A stretch of 64,000 nucleotides of DNA from an uncultured delta proteobacterium (GCA_963769935.1 CAVYNY010000010.1:128001-192000); one strand, 5' to 3'; counted from the first letter of the stretch, positions 39,293 to 49,958 are shown. Notes: generated by a model not told the origin, from the letters alone. Translations and numbers: made by a program.

Positions 39293-40720
39293 TCAAAGGC
39301 CTTTCTTCCACCGCTTGATAAAGCTCTCCCCTGCTACCGGTTGGATATCCCGGTCCTTCGTCCAGCCGCTCATGGGCGGCGGCAGCCGCCGGATCATGCC
39401 GTTTTGGGCCGGTAGGATTTTTTGCCCGAGGAACGTCAGCCACATGAAAAAATCATAGACACCGCGGTTGCGAATTATCCACGACCACATCTGAAAGATC
39501 ATTTTTTCGGCATTGCTGGCCCGGGTTACATTCCAGGCGGGATCGCCATCGGCCAGTTTGGCCCGCAGCGCCAGCAGCATGCGTGGAATGTCGATATTGA
39601 TCGGACACGCATCCTGGCAGGCTCCACACAGGGTTTCTCCCTGGCACAGGTCTTTAGCCTCGTTGATGCCGGCCAGCAGCGGCATTACCACGGCTCCCAC
39701 CGGACCTGAGTAGGGATGTCCGTAGGAATGCCCCCCGATTTTCCCGTAGACCGGACAGATATTCAAACAGGCGGCACACCGGATGCAGCACAGCATCTCC
39801 CGAAATTCTTTATCCGCCAGGATTCGGCTGCGGCCGTTGTCCAGAATCACCAGGTGAAACTCATCCGGTCCATCTACCTGGTTCGGCTGCCGGGGGCCGC
39901 CGACATAGCTTACGTAAGTGCCTATATTCTGAGCTGCGGCTGCCCGGCAAAGCAGTCTTAAAAGAATGTCGTGATCCTCCAGCCTGGCAGCGACGCGTTC
40001 CATACCCATTATGGCCACATGAACTTTCGGCATGGTGGAGGACATGCGGATGTTGCCCTCATTGGATACGGTGGCGATGTGGCCGGTTTCCGCACAAGCG
40101 ATGTTGCAGCCGGAAAACCCGATGTCAGCCTTCAGAAATTTTTTCCGCAAAGATTTTCTGGCAGCGCGGGTTAAACTCGGAGGATCATCGGTATAAGCGA
40201 TTCCGATTTTGTCGGCAAACAGCCTGCCGATATCGACCCGGGTCTTATGGATGGCCGGTGCAATAATGTGGGATGGCCGTTCACCGGCCAGTTGAATAAT
40301 GTATTCTCCTAAATCGGTTTCGGCCACGTCGATGCCGTCTTCCTTCAATGCAGAATTGAGCCCGATTTCTTCACTCACCATGGATTTGCCTTTGACTGCC
40401 AGCGTTGCCTTGTGCTTGCGGGCAGTTGCCAGACAATAATCCAAAGCGGCCTGGCAGTCCTGGGCAAAAAATACATGGCCGCCATTTTGGCGAACGTTCG
40501 CAGCCAGCGTCTCCAGCAAAACATCCAGGTTTGCGATGGCCGCTTCGCGTATCTCATGGGCTTTAAGACGCAGATCCGGCCCTTCCGGCAATTTTCGGTA
40601 AGCAATTGCAGTGCCCCGGCCAAAACGGTTTTGAAGATCGGCCAGCGCGCTCTGCAGAACCTTGTTATTCAAAGCTCTTTTGGCTTCCGCAATATAATCT
40701 CCGATAAAAATTTCACTCAT
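39293..40720 (-). CDS. lutB: Fe-S lactate utilization protein B
   Basis: KGKSMVSEE, ETDLGEYIIQL, PSHIIAPAIH, CIRCAACLNICP, LCGACQDACP. Confidence 0.95.
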   Translation of the reverse strand: MSEIFIGDYIAEAKRALNNKVLQSALADLQNRFGRGTAIAYRKLPEGPDLRLKAHEIREAAIANLDVLLETLAANVRQNGGHVFFAQDCQAALDYCLATARKHKATLAVKGKSMVSEEIGLNSALKEDGIDVAETDLGEYIIQLAGERPSHIIAPAIHKTRVDIGRLFADKIGIAYTDDPPSLTRAARKSLRKKFLKADIGFSGCNIACAETGHIATVSNEGNIRMSSTMPKVHVAIMGMERVAARLEDHDILLRLLCRAAAAQNIGTYVSYVGGPRQPNQVDGPDEFHLVILDNGRSRILADKEFREMLCCIRCAACLNICPVYGKIGGHSYGHPYSGPVGAVVMPLLAGINEAKDLCQGETLCGACQDACPINIDIPRMLLALRAKLADGDPAWNVTRASNAEKMIFQMWSWIIRNRGVYDFFMWLTFLGQKILPAQNGMIRRLPPPMSGWTKDRDIQPVAGESFIKRWKKGL

Positions 40721-40861
40721 AGGTTCGTATTCCGAGTTGCGAGTTGCGTGTTATTGTTGCACGCTAATTGTGTCGGGTTTAGGGTTCAGGGTTAAAGGAA
40801 TTCTATCGATTATAAACAATATCATAGACGGAGCGAAGCGACTTCCACAAATATTCATTTT

Positions 40862-41605
40862 TCAATTTTCAATTGTAGCCCCGGCTAGGATTTGTGCAAT
40901 ATGCAGGGTCTTGATATCCGATCCCTTGCGGCTGAGCATCCCCTGAATGTTCATCAGGCAGCCCATATCGCAGCCGACCACGGTATCGGCACCGGAGGCA
41001 ATTATCTTGTTGACCTTATCTTCAGCCATGGCCGCCGATATATCCGCATATTTCACCGAAAACGATCCGCCGAATCCGCAGCATCTATCCGAATCGTAAA
41101 GTTCGACAAATTCAGCGCCGGAAACCTTGCGCAGGAGTCTGCGGGGTTGCTCCCGGATACGCAGGCTGCGCAACAGATGACAGGAATCATGATAGGTAAT
41201 TTTTCCGCCATATTGGGCGCCAAGGTCATCCACCCCCAGGATATCCACCAGATACTCCGTAAGTTCATAGGTCTTGTCAGCCACGTGTCGGGCACGCTGT
41301 TGCCAGGGGGCATCGTCCTCGAACAATTCCGCATAGTGGTGCCTTACCATCGTCACGCATGACCCGGAAGGGCAAACGATCGTGTCCGCAGTCTCAAAAA
41401 TTTCAATGAATCGCTTTGCGGCAATCCTTGCCTCCCGGCGATAGCCGGAATTAAAAGCCGGCTGTCCGCAACAGGTCTGCTGGGTCGGGCACGTCACGCT
41501 TATCCCCAGTTTGCGAAAAATATGTACCATGGCTTCACCGACTTCCGGGTAAATTCCATCCACCAGGCATTGAATGAAAAGCGTCACGGTTTTGTTTTCG
41601 TCCAT
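40862..41605 (-). CDS. lutA: CCG-domain lactate utilization protein A
   Basis: QTCCGQPAFNSG, PSGSC, YHDSCH, CCGFGGSF, GCLMNI. Confidence 0.95.
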   Translation of the reverse strand: MDENKTVTLFIQCLVDGIYPEVGEAMVHIFRKLGISVTCPTQQTCCGQPAFNSGYRREARIAAKRFIEIFETADTIVCPSGSCVTMVRHHYAELFEDDAPWQQRARHVADKTYELTEYLVDILGVDDLGAQYGGKITYHDSCHLLRSLRIREQPRRLLRKVSGAEFVELYDSDRCCGFGGSFSVKYADISAAMAEDKVNKIIASGADTVVGCDMGCLMNIQGMLSRKGSDIKTLHIAQILAGATIEN

Positions 41606-41817
41606 AAATGAGTTTCCCCTTAAAACAAGATGTTGGTATGGAATTGAGTATTTACATTGAACTGATTAAAAAATCCAGTGCAAAAAGGTTTGATTGTACG
41701 CCAGACTTTCGATAAGTATCCGAATGTGCTAAACTATGGGCAATTTCTTAAGGTTTGCGAAAGGATCCGTATTCTGGCATTAAATTAAGTATCTCGCCTT
41801 AGATTTAAGGCGATTTT

Positions 41818-41889
41818 AACGATCGGAACCATCAAGACGATCATAACGATCACAACGATTCAAACCATCTAATCGATCTAAACGATCTA
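41818..41889 (+). repeat. Eight degenerate 9-bp tandem repeats (AACGATCNN)
   Basis: aacgatcgg aaccatcaa gacgatcat aacgatcac aacgattca aaccatcta atcgatcta aacgatcta. Confidence 0.8.
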
Positions 41890-41900
41890 AGCCAATCGCT

Positions 41901-42974
41901 ATGAGTGAAACACGGGTCGCTCTTTTAGAGCTGATTGAAAAAATTGAAAGGCTGGGGCAGTTCCAGGACCGCATCGATTTTCCCTCAACCGTCCGGGAGA
42001 TATGGACTGCTTTTCTGGCAGATGTGCGGAATTTAATTGATATTGAAGTTTGTGCCTTGTTTCTGGTTGAGGAAACGACCAATGAATTCATTCTGAAATA
42101 CAGCGACCCGGCCAGCGAGGCCAAACTTTGTCAACGGGAAATTGATCTTCAAATCGAGTGCGGCATTTTTTCATGGATCATAAACAGAAGGCAGCCGGCG
42201 CTGATTCCGGGCCTGGCATTTGACAAAGAAAAATCGATCGTCATGCTGCCGTTATCTACAGTGAAAAGATCCCTGGGGATTGTACTGATCCTCACCCCGA
42301 TCCAGGAAAGCTCCATTACCCATGAGAACATGAAACTGTTGACGATTCTTACCAAAGAATGTTCCCTGGTAATGGAAAATACCCTGTTGTATGAGCGGTT
42401 GCGAAAAAAACATTTGTCGCTGGAAAAGGCCAATAAGGAAATTAAACTTCTATCCCGGACGGATTCTTTGACCGGATGCTACAACCGTGGATACCTCACT
42501 GAAGTACTACCCCGCGAAATAACAAGAGCGCTGAGATATAAGCGACCACTGGCACTGGCCATGTGCGATATTGACCACTTTAAAAAAGTAAATGACACCT
42601 ACGGCCATCAGTGTGGGGATGAAGTTCTTAAGGGATTTGTCCAGAGCATTTTAGAATTGATTCGCGCTGATACCGACTGGCTGGCAAGATACGGCGGGGA
42701 AGAATTTCTGCTGGTACTGCCTGAAACAAGCCTTGACAACGCCTTTGGCATGGCTGAAAGACTGCGTAAGCATCTTGCGCAGAAGGTTATTAAAACAGAA
42801 GAAGACAATATATCGATTACAGCCAGCTTCGGTGTGACCGGCTTTAATGCTTCACCTGCGCCCGGTGCAATTACCAGTGAAGCCCTGATCGGGACGGTTG
42901 ACAAATACCTTTATGAGGCCAAGACCCGGGGCCGCAACAGAGTCATCAGCGGTCCTTTTTCAGAACCGGTTTAA
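41901..42974 (+). CDS. Diguanylate cyclase with N-terminal GAF-like domain
   Basis: DSLTGCYNR, DIDHFKKVNDTYGH, RYGGEEF, GRNRV. Confidence 0.93.
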   Translation: MSETRVALLELIEKIERLGQFQDRIDFPSTVREIWTAFLADVRNLIDIEVCALFLVEETTNEFILKYSDPASEAKLCQREIDLQIECGIFSWIINRRQPALIPGLAFDKEKSIVMLPLSTVKRSLGIVLILTPIQESSITHENMKLLTILTKECSLVMENTLLYERLRKKHLSLEKANKEIKLLSRTDSLTGCYNRGYLTEVLPREITRALRYKRPLALAMCDIDHFKKVNDTYGHQCGDEVLKGFVQSILELIRADTDWLARYGGEEFLLVLPETSLDNAFGMAERLRKHLAQKVIKTEEDNISITASFGVTGFNASPAPGAITSEALIGTVDKYLYEAKTRGRNRVISGPFSEPV

Positions 42975-43097
42975 CGTGTGAAGCCAGGGTTTATTGACTC
43001 CCGGCAGACGGGGGTTCGGAAAGCAGGTTTGCCGTTCGCTGCAGCCAAAGGTTAATGAGTTCAGCCGGATTAAATTTCGCCGTCTTGGTTATACGGC

Positions 43098-43496
43098 TTA
43101 GTGGGTTTGGTGCTGGATTTCCGTTCTCCGCACGAACTCATCAAATCCCTCCTGAATGGCCTGCATGATAACCTCAATTTTGAAGGGTTTTGTGAGATGG
43201 TTGTCAAAACCGGCTTCTTTTAGCTTGTCGATGTCGTACAATTCAGTGTGCCCGGTTAAGGCAATCACAAACGTTTTGTCATCGGTTTCTCGAATCCTCC
43301 GGCAGAATTCGACCCCGTCCATTTCAAGCATGATCAGATCGGTGATGATAACCGGAAACTTATTGCGCTCCAATAAGGAAAAGGCATCTTCGGCGGATTC
43401 AACGGCATCCACTTCGTAGCCCAGTTTGGAGAGAAGTTTCTGCATGAGTTCCCGGTGATAATCTTCATCATCCACCACGAGTATTTTCTTTTCCAT
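43098..43496 (-). CDS. Single-domain response regulator
   Basis: ILVVDDE, ITDLIM, ALTG, KPF. Confidence 0.92.
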   Translation of the reverse strand: MEKKILVVDDEDYHRELMQKLLSKLGYEVDAVESAEDAFSLLERNKFPVIITDLIMLEMDGVEFCRRIRETDDKTFVIALTGHTELYDIDKLKEAGFDNHLTKPFKIEVIMQAIQEGFDEFVRRTEIQHQTH

Positions 43497-43725
43497 GGTA
43501 TGCTCTTCATCTAGATAGGTTTAATACCAGCCATCAGAAGTGTTTCTAAACCCCTAACCTTTCGTTTGAAGTTATAGCAACAACTTCCGACCAGATAATT
43601 TGAACCGCCATCAAAAAAGCAAGGTTACAGGCAGGAAAAGTTATAGGACCGGACCATCATTTGTCTCACAACCATCCGTGGGGTACTATAAGACGACACA
43701 ACTTTAATGTCAATTCAATAAATAC

Positions 43726-44748
43726 CTATTCCAGCAGGTCCTGTTTCAACTTATCTAGGATCTTTTCATCAACGCCGGCCTTATTTACCAAATATTGGGC
43801 GGCGGAGCCGTAGGTTTGCCGGATATGACGGATCCCCGCTAAAATGGCTTTTTGGGGGGCGGTGAAATAAGGAGCCACCTGCTTCGGGTCGACGCCATAG
43901 GATCGGATTTGATCATAAATTTTTTCCAGTACAGGGGCAATATAAAGGTTGGAAAGACCGTGATCCTCGATCACAGTTTTTTCAGGCACACCTAATGCCA
44001 GCAAAATAAGCGCCGCACCTATCCCGGCCCTGTCTTTGCCGCCGGTGCAATGAAACACCATCGGCCGTTTCGAACTATCGGCCAGGTTATTGAATAATGT
44101 CGACCAAACGGGCCCAAAATTATCGATATTCTTAATATAGCCTTTGATCATAAATTCTTCGGTCATCCACTCGATATCACCTTTTCTGATTCGCTCAAAG
44201 CTGTCGGCCGGATCAAATTCGCCATGCTTGATTGGTAAATGCAGGTAGCAGCCGGGAGCGGATTGCGGCAAACGATCAGGCGACTTTTGGACCTCCGCCG
44301 AAGTGCGAAAATCACAGATCAGCTGAATTCCCATGCGTCGCACATATTCGACGTCACGATCCGTGAGCCGGCCCAGGTTGTCCGAACGAAACACCTGACC
44401 CCACTTCACCCGGTGCCGGTCGACCGTCTCATAGCCGCCCAGATCTCTGAAATTAACCGAACCTTGCAGGGGTACCCGGCGTTCACTGATGATTATTTTC
44501 GAACCGCGATCCGGTGCAACCTCGAAATAATACCGCGTATCCGGGTCAAGCCCGCAAATTTGGACGGACGATTTGCCCTGCAAGATTGCTGCAGGATGTT
44601 GACGGTCGATATGATCCGGAGAATCACCCGCAAAAACGGCGACCTCCCGGGGTTTTTCACTGAAGGTCCATGATATTTCAACCGCATCGTCACCGGTTCG
44701 TATAAGTGCAACGTTTTTCAGCCGGGTTTCATTTACTTTGATGGTCAT
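43726..44748 (-). CDS. Tyrosine-protein phosphatase (PtpB/IphP-like) with extra N-terminal beta-rich domain
   Basis: NFRDLGGY, DFRT, FHCTGGKDRAG P-loop. Confidence 0.9.
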   Translation of the reverse strand: MTIKVNETRLKNVALIRTGDDAVEISWTFSEKPREVAVFAGDSPDHIDRQHPAAILQGKSSVQICGLDPDTRYYFEVAPDRGSKIIISERRVPLQGSVNFRDLGGYETVDRHRVKWGQVFRSDNLGRLTDRDVEYVRRMGIQLICDFRTSAEVQKSPDRLPQSAPGCYLHLPIKHGEFDPADSFERIRKGDIEWMTEEFMIKGYIKNIDNFGPVWSTLFNNLADSSKRPMVFHCTGGKDRAGIGAALILLALGVPEKTVIEDHGLSNLYIAPVLEKIYDQIRSYGVDPKQVAPYFTAPQKAILAGIRHIRQTYGSAAQYLVNKAGVDEKILDKLKQDLLE

Positions 44749-45155
44749 TTTTTTTCAAGCTTGACAGCGATGGCATACCGCCCGGGGCCCACAAAAACCA
44801 GACCCAAAAACACGGCCGCCAGGCCGGCCGACCACAACATCAGGGTCTTATAGCCGATGCTGAAATAATTAAAAAAATACAGACCGAACAGCACGAACAA
44901 GACAAGGCAGGCGATTCGAAAAAAATAACCGAATAGCAAACTGACCCCGCCCAACGCTGCCAAAAGCAAAAAGACAAGGCCTAATAATGTCTGGGGCACG
45001 CCAATGTTGATAAAATTTAAAGTCCTCCCGACGCTTTGCCAGGCTGCGTCACCTGCAATCAGCGTCGGCAGCGAATGAACCAGAAGGGCCGCCGCCAGGC
45101 CCAGGCGCATGATTAACAGACCGGAATTATTTTTTTGCTCCTGCGAACCGAACAT
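44745..45155 (-). CDS. DoxX-family membrane protein
   Basis: GLLIMRLGL...HSLP, four TM segments, GPGRYAI; ATGA overlap with the phosphatase gene. Confidence 0.8.
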   Translation of the reverse strand: MFGSQEQKNNSGLLIMRLGLAAALLVHSLPTLIAGDAAWQSVGRTLNFINIGVPQTLLGLVFLLLAALGGVSLLFGYFFRIACLVLFVLFGLYFFNYFSIGYKTLMLWSAGLAAVFLGLVFVGPGRYAIAVKLEKK

Positions 45156-45669
45156 ACATTTTATCTCCCGTACAAATGGTGAACCCAATATTGCAAGGAT
45201 GAAATTTCTAATTACCCCAATACTGATGGAAAAGCGAGCGTCCGTCTAGAACTATTCAACTTTTTCTACTAATTTAAATCCCACTTTTCAATAAGAATTC
45301 TGGCAGAAAAAAGTAGAAAATAGAAAGTTAGTGTATAAAGAATTGTCCGCAAGCTGATAAGGGTAATATCCCCTCTCGATGCGGTGCCAGGCGCAAGGAT
45401 AGGGGTGCAAGGAAAAGATCCATTAACGAACGTAATTGGACTCTGGGAACTTCGAAAACGTCCATTTCGAAAATCGCAGCTGTTGACGGATCGGAATTAT
45501 CGGACTATGCTCGTTCTGAAATTTAAACCCTTGAACGAAAGAAGGATTGTATATTCAGACACAGAGTTATGCCAATGTAATTATTACGGTAAATGATGAA
45601 ATGTCTGCTTCAGGGGATAACGGCGCAATTTAACATTATGCTGTGACGGGATAGGGGTAAAGGCAAATT

Positions 45670-46512
45670 ATGGAAGAATTTTGGCACTGGTGGCAGCATT
45701 TACCGCAACATATTAGCCCCGTCATTTTTCAAATCGGATCCTTTAAGCTCCAGTATTACGGTCTGATGTATATTGTGGCCTTTGCCATCACATATTTTCT
45801 GGTGTTCTATCGGATCAAGCACGAAGACCGGTTTGAAATGACCACCGATCAGGTAAAGGACGCGATCACCTACCTGATTATCGGCCTGATCATCGGTGCT
45901 CGCCTGGGTTACGTGCTTTTTTACAATCTATCCTATTACCTCAGACATCCGCTTGAAATCATCTTGCCCTTTTCGTTTTCAAACGGATTCACCTTTACCG
46001 GCATTTCCGGTATGTCATATCACGGCGGGCTGATCGGCGCGACCCTGGCCGGCTGGCTCTATGTTCGCAAAGCAAAATTGAACTGGTGGAACGCTGTGGA
46101 TTTATTTGTGCCCGCGATTCCTCTGGGATACACCTTTGGACGGTTGGGAAATTTTATCAACGGCGAGTTGTACGGCCGGGTCACGACATCCCCCATCGGC
46201 ATGTACTTTCCCCTGGCTCCCACCAAAGAATTGAGACATCCTTCCCAACTGTACGAATCTTTTTTTGAGGGCATTTTCTTATTTGCAGTATTGTGGAGCA
46301 TCCGCAAGCTAAAAACACCCCAAGGCGCTATGTTAGCGTTTTATCTCATCGGCTACGGCATTATCCGGTTCTGCATCGAATTCTTCCGCCAACCCGACGC
46401 TCAGCTCGGGTTCGTTTTTCTCTCCTTTTCCATGGGTCAAATCCTGTGTGCGCTGATGGTTGCCGCCGGGGTTGGTTTGTATTTCTATTTAAAGAGCCGA
46501 GATAAAGCTTAA
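45670..46512 (+). CDS. lgt: Prolipoprotein diacylglyceryl transferase
   Basis: YYGLMY, GARLGY, GMSYHGG, GRLGNFINGELYGR, HPSQLYE, EFFRQPD. Confidence 0.97.
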   Translation: MEEFWHWWQHLPQHISPVIFQIGSFKLQYYGLMYIVAFAITYFLVFYRIKHEDRFEMTTDQVKDAITYLIIGLIIGARLGYVLFYNLSYYLRHPLEIILPFSFSNGFTFTGISGMSYHGGLIGATLAGWLYVRKAKLNWWNAVDLFVPAIPLGYTFGRLGNFINGELYGRVTTSPIGMYFPLAPTKELRHPSQLYESFFEGIFLFAVLWSIRKLKTPQGAMLAFYLIGYGIIRFCIEFFRQPDAQLGFVFLSFSMGQILCALMVAAGVGLYFYLKSRDKA

Positions 46513-46539
46513 ATGAACCATAAAATGCGCAGCATAAAA

Positions 46540-46636
46540 TAATTAATCCGCTACACCTTCGCTCAACCAACTGCCCTCATTATTCAAAGAGAAATATGCA
46601 ACCCTGAAAGTCCTATTTTTGAGGGCGGATTAATTC
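46540..46636. mobile_element. MITE-like element, copy B
   Basis: TAATTAATCCGC...GGCGGATTAATT, followed by a duplicated CGGATTAATTA. Confidence 0.75.
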
Positions 46637-46643
46637 GGATTAA

Positions 46644-47195
46644 TTATGCGAACAACAACTTAAACGCGATGGCAACCAGTATGAAACCCCCGATGGTTTC
46701 CATCCGCTTGGCGAATCGTTGCGACAAACGGTTGCCGATTTTCATGGCCAGCCAGGTCATGGCGGCGGCCGTAATGCCGATGCATACGGCTACCATAAAT
46801 AAGTTCTGATTTAAAACGCCCAGGCTGAAGCCGACTCCCAGGGCATCGATGCTGGTGGCCACGGACAGCATCACCAGGCTGAATCCCTTGGTCGGATCGG
46901 CACACTCGGTCTCTTCTTCAGGGGCCAAAAAACCTTCACGCACCATCCGGCCGCCGATAAACATCAGCAGGCCGAAGGCGATCCAGGGACCCAGGGTTTT
47001 CGTCCAGACCAGGATATGGTGGCCCGCCAGCCAGCCGATCAGCGGCATCATGAACTGAAATAAACCGAAGTGAAACGACAACCGAAAGATTTGTCTTGGC
47101 GCACAGAACCGGCATCCAACCCCCAAACCCACTGCAAACGCATCACAGCCGAGGGCCACGGCAATTAGACCTATTTCAACAATATTAAAACTCAA
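46644..47195 (-). CDS. mntP: Manganese efflux pump MntP family
   Basis: ALGCDAFAVG, FGLFQFMMP, ATSIDALGVG; likely TTG start at 47195. Confidence 0.9.
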   Translation of the reverse strand: MSFNIVEIGLIAVALGCDAFAVGLGVGCRFCAPRQIFRLSFHFGLFQFMMPLIGWLAGHHILVWTKTLGPWIAFGLLMFIGGRMVREGFLAPEEETECADPTKGFSLVMLSVATSIDALGVGFSLGVLNQNLFMVAVCIGITAAAMTWLAMKIGNRLSQRFAKRMETIGGFILVAIAFKLLFA

Positions 47196-47424
47196 CTGGC
47201 ATTTTCCGGTAATGGGGTTTATTTGGTTCCCGGGAACAGTGCTCCGCCGTCCGTTTGCGGGGTTTTTGGGCCTGAAAATGATTGATAAATTAAACACTCA
47301 AATGCGAATTATCAAGTAATTCATGTTGCCAATAGATCGGGCCTGCGGGACAGTACCCGTTTGCGGAAAGAAGCGGAAAGTAATTTGAGAGTGATGGCGG
47401 AAAATTTAATCTAACCGGTATCCA

Positions 47425-48333
47425 TTATTCATTCTGATCGATTTCACAGGCCGTGCCGCATTGACTTGCTTCATCGCACCGTTCCCACTGGAGGGTGGTG
47501 TGCTCGATACCGAACCGTTCATGCAGTTCGTTGCCGGCTTTTTCGAGCAGCACATCGTCGTCGGCAGGATTCGGTTTCACCAGGTGGGCGGTCAGTGCCG
47601 TTTCGGTGGTACTCATCGCCCAGACGTGCAGGTCATGAACGCCCATGACGCCGGGCAGACCGGCCAGGTAAGCTTTGACAGCTTCCGGATCAATGCCTTC
47701 CGGCACAGCGTCCAACACCAGGTTAAACGAGTCGCGCAGGAGTCCCCAGGTTCCGATCACGATAATTACGGTGATCAGCAGGCTGACCGCCGGATCAATC
47801 CAAAACCAACCGGTGGCAACAATGACGGCGCCGGCCGCAACAACACCCGCCGAGATGCCTGCATCGGCTGCCATGTGCAGAAAAGCGGCCCGAATATTCA
47901 AATCGCTTTTGCGGCCGGATAAAAATAAAAGCGCAGTCACCGTATTTATCACCACTCCGACCGCAGCCACAATAATGATCGTTTTCCCCGCCCTCGGAGA
48001 GGGATCGTTAAAGCTCAGAATCGCTTCCCAGGCGATACCACCCATTACCATCAGCAGGATAAGGGCATTCATAAGCGCCGTCAGAATCGAAGACTTACGC
48101 CAGCCATAGGTGAAACGCTTGGTCGGTTTACGCTGTGCGAGATAATTGCCGCCCCATGCCAGTGCCAATCCGAGGACATCGCTTAGATTATGGCCGGCAT
48201 CGGCCAGCAATGCCAGGGAACCGACCAGAAAACCAAAGGTCGCTTCGACCGCGATATAGCCTAAATTAAGGGCTACTCCAAATGCAAAAGCGCGGTTATA
48301 GTCAGCCGGGCCGTGGTGATGATGGTATGCCAT
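47425..48333 (-). CDS. czcD: Cation diffusion facilitator (CzcD/ZitB-like)
   Basis: ALLADAGHNLSD, AFLHMAAD, HDLHVW, HTTLQ; N-terminal His run. Confidence 0.92.
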   Translation of the reverse strand: MAYHHHHGPADYNRAFAFGVALNLGYIAVEATFGFLVGSLALLADAGHNLSDVLGLALAWGGNYLAQRKPTKRFTYGWRKSSILTALMNALILLMVMGGIAWEAILSFNDPSPRAGKTIIIVAAVGVVINTVTALLFLSGRKSDLNIRAAFLHMAADAGISAGVVAAGAVIVATGWFWIDPAVSLLITVIIVIGTWGLLRDSFNLVLDAVPEGIDPEAVKAYLAGLPGVMGVHDLHVWAMSTTETALTAHLVKPNPADDDVLLEKAGNELHERFGIEHTTLQWERCDEASQCGTACEIDQNE

Positions 48334-48380
48334 AACACTTATCTTCCCGGCTCCGTAACTACCGTTATATTACGAAAATA

Positions 48381-49958
48381 TCAAGCGCCTTTGCTCAACG
48401 AAGCCACGGAATTTTCTACTAAATAATTTCGCATCATTCCCATATCTCCATGCTCCAGATTGTGGCAGTGATAGAGGAATAAACCCGGATAATCGCCAAA
48501 CCTCACCAGCAAGCGGATGCTCTCACCGGGCATGAGCAGCACGGTATCTTTCCAGCCTTCATCGACATAGCCTTCATGCATGACACCCCGGCGTTCCAGA
48601 ACCTGAAACTGCCTACCGTGCAGATGGATCGGATGGGGCATATTCATCATACCCATCATGCCCATGCCCCCGCCTTCATTGATGAAATCCCAGACCTCCA
48701 GGCTGTTCATTCGGACCCTTTCATCTTCGGCCACCGCTTCCATTTGAAACGTTCTGCCGTTGATGGTCCAAACCATGCGGCGCGGGACAAGATAAAATTT
48801 TTTGGGATTGGTCGGATTGAGGGCATCTGCGATCCTGTAACGGTTGATGACGGTAAGTCGTTGCGGCAGACCGAGATTCTCTTTTTCAGAACGGTTCACT
48901 CTCACCGTGAAAACCGGAAACCCGGCGCCGTTCGGCAGAGTTGCAGCAGAGCCCATCATGCCGCCGCCCATTCTGCCCCCGGCCATCGGGCCGGCATCAA
49001 AAGGCAGGCTCAAAAGGGCCGTTTCAGAACCCACCGGGTATTTGCTGAAATCGGCCCACAGCTCCAGCCTTTCTCCCGGCGCCAGCATCACATAGCGCCG
49101 GTAAACCGGTTTTTCCAGCAATCCGCCGTCCGTGCCAATCACCGTCAGAGGGCTGCCGTTCTGCCAGGCCAGCCTGTAAATTCTGGAGTTGGAACCGTTT
49201 AAAAGGCGCAATCGGTATACACGCGTAGCCACCGGCAGGCTAAAGTCCGGCTGCCCGTTGACCATAATCCAGTCTCCCAGAAATCCGGTCATCCGTTCCA
49301 TGGGCTGCCCGGAAAGGTATATCAACTGGTTGTCGTTGCCAAAGGCCCGATCCTGCAAGATCAGAGGGATGTCGTATTCTCCGGTCGGCAAACCGGCCGC
49401 TTTTTCTTCGTCGTCTGAGACCAGAAAAAGACCGGCCAGCCCGCCGTATACCTGGGGGCCGGTGCGACCGTGGGGATGAGGATGATACCAGTATGTGCCG
49501 GCACGATTGCGAACCTCGAATTCATAAATATAGGTTTCACCTCGAGGGATAACAAAACGCGGATGGCCGTCCATTACAGCCGGCACATGCAATCCATGCC
49601 AGTGGATAATGGATTCATCGGGGATGTCGTTGGTAAAACGGATACGAACTTTCTGCCCGGTGTGCGTCCGAATGATGGGCCCCAGATAACTTCTTGCAAG
49701 ATGGGTCAACCCTGCCGAGTCTCCCTTTAAAAGTTGCGCCTCGTAACGCCATACACCGGTAGGGTTGCCCGGAAGGATGGGAATATCAGCCGGAGTTGCT
49801 TTTAGAACAATATCCAGATCAGGGACAAAATTTGCCCCCGGCTTTGATGCGGCATCAACCCTTGAATCGGTAAAGAGCGAAGTTATGCCCCCCGTTAAAA
49901 GGCCTGCCGCGCCGGCGCCGGTGAACTTTAAAAATTGCCGTCGACTAATCATGTTCAT
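48381..49958 (-). CDS. Tat-exported three-domain multicopper oxidase (CueO-like)
   Basis: SRRQFLK; HWHG, WYHPH, HPIHLHG, HCHNLEH...M copper ligands; Met-rich loops. Confidence 0.93.
   Translation of the reverse strand: MNMISRRQFLKFTGAGAAGLLTGGITSLFTDSRVDAASKPGANFVPDLDIVLKATPADIPILPGNPTGVWRYEAQLLKGDSAGLTHLARSYLGPIIRTHTGQKVRIRFTNDIPDESIIHWHGLHVPAVMDGHPRFVIPRGETYIYEFEVRNRAGTYWYHPHPHGRTGPQVYGGLAGLFLVSDDEEKAAGLPTGEYDIPLILQDRAFGNDNQLIYLSGQPMERMTGFLGDWIMVNGQPDFSLPVATRVYRLRLLNGSNSRIYRLAWQNGSPLTVIGTDGGLLEKPVYRRYVMLAPGERLELWADFSKYPVGSETALLSLPFDAGPMAGGRMGGGMMGSAATLPNGAGFPVFTVRVNRSEKENLGLPQRLTVINRYRIADALNPTNPKKFYLVPRRMVWTINGRTFQMEAVAEDERVRMNSLEVWDFINEGGGMGMMGMMNMPHPIHLHGRQFQVLERRGVMHEGYVDEGWKDTVLLMPGESIRLLVRFGDYPGLFLYHCHNLEHGDMGMMRNYLVENSVASLSKGA

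Noticed and set aside
41818..41889. Possible CRISPR array (also considered the 49-50 bp period repeats at 63783-63944)
   Set aside because: Units are too short and degenerate, there is no repeat-spacer structure with identical repeats, and no cas genes
45384..45596. 70-aa ORF upstream of lgt, and the short ORFs at 6358-6720
   Set aside because: No SD, no motif and no protein-like features I can support
47196..47424. Expected yybP-ykoY manganese riboswitch upstream of mntP
   Set aside because: I could not find the GGGGAGUA-type core; an Infernal scan would be decisive
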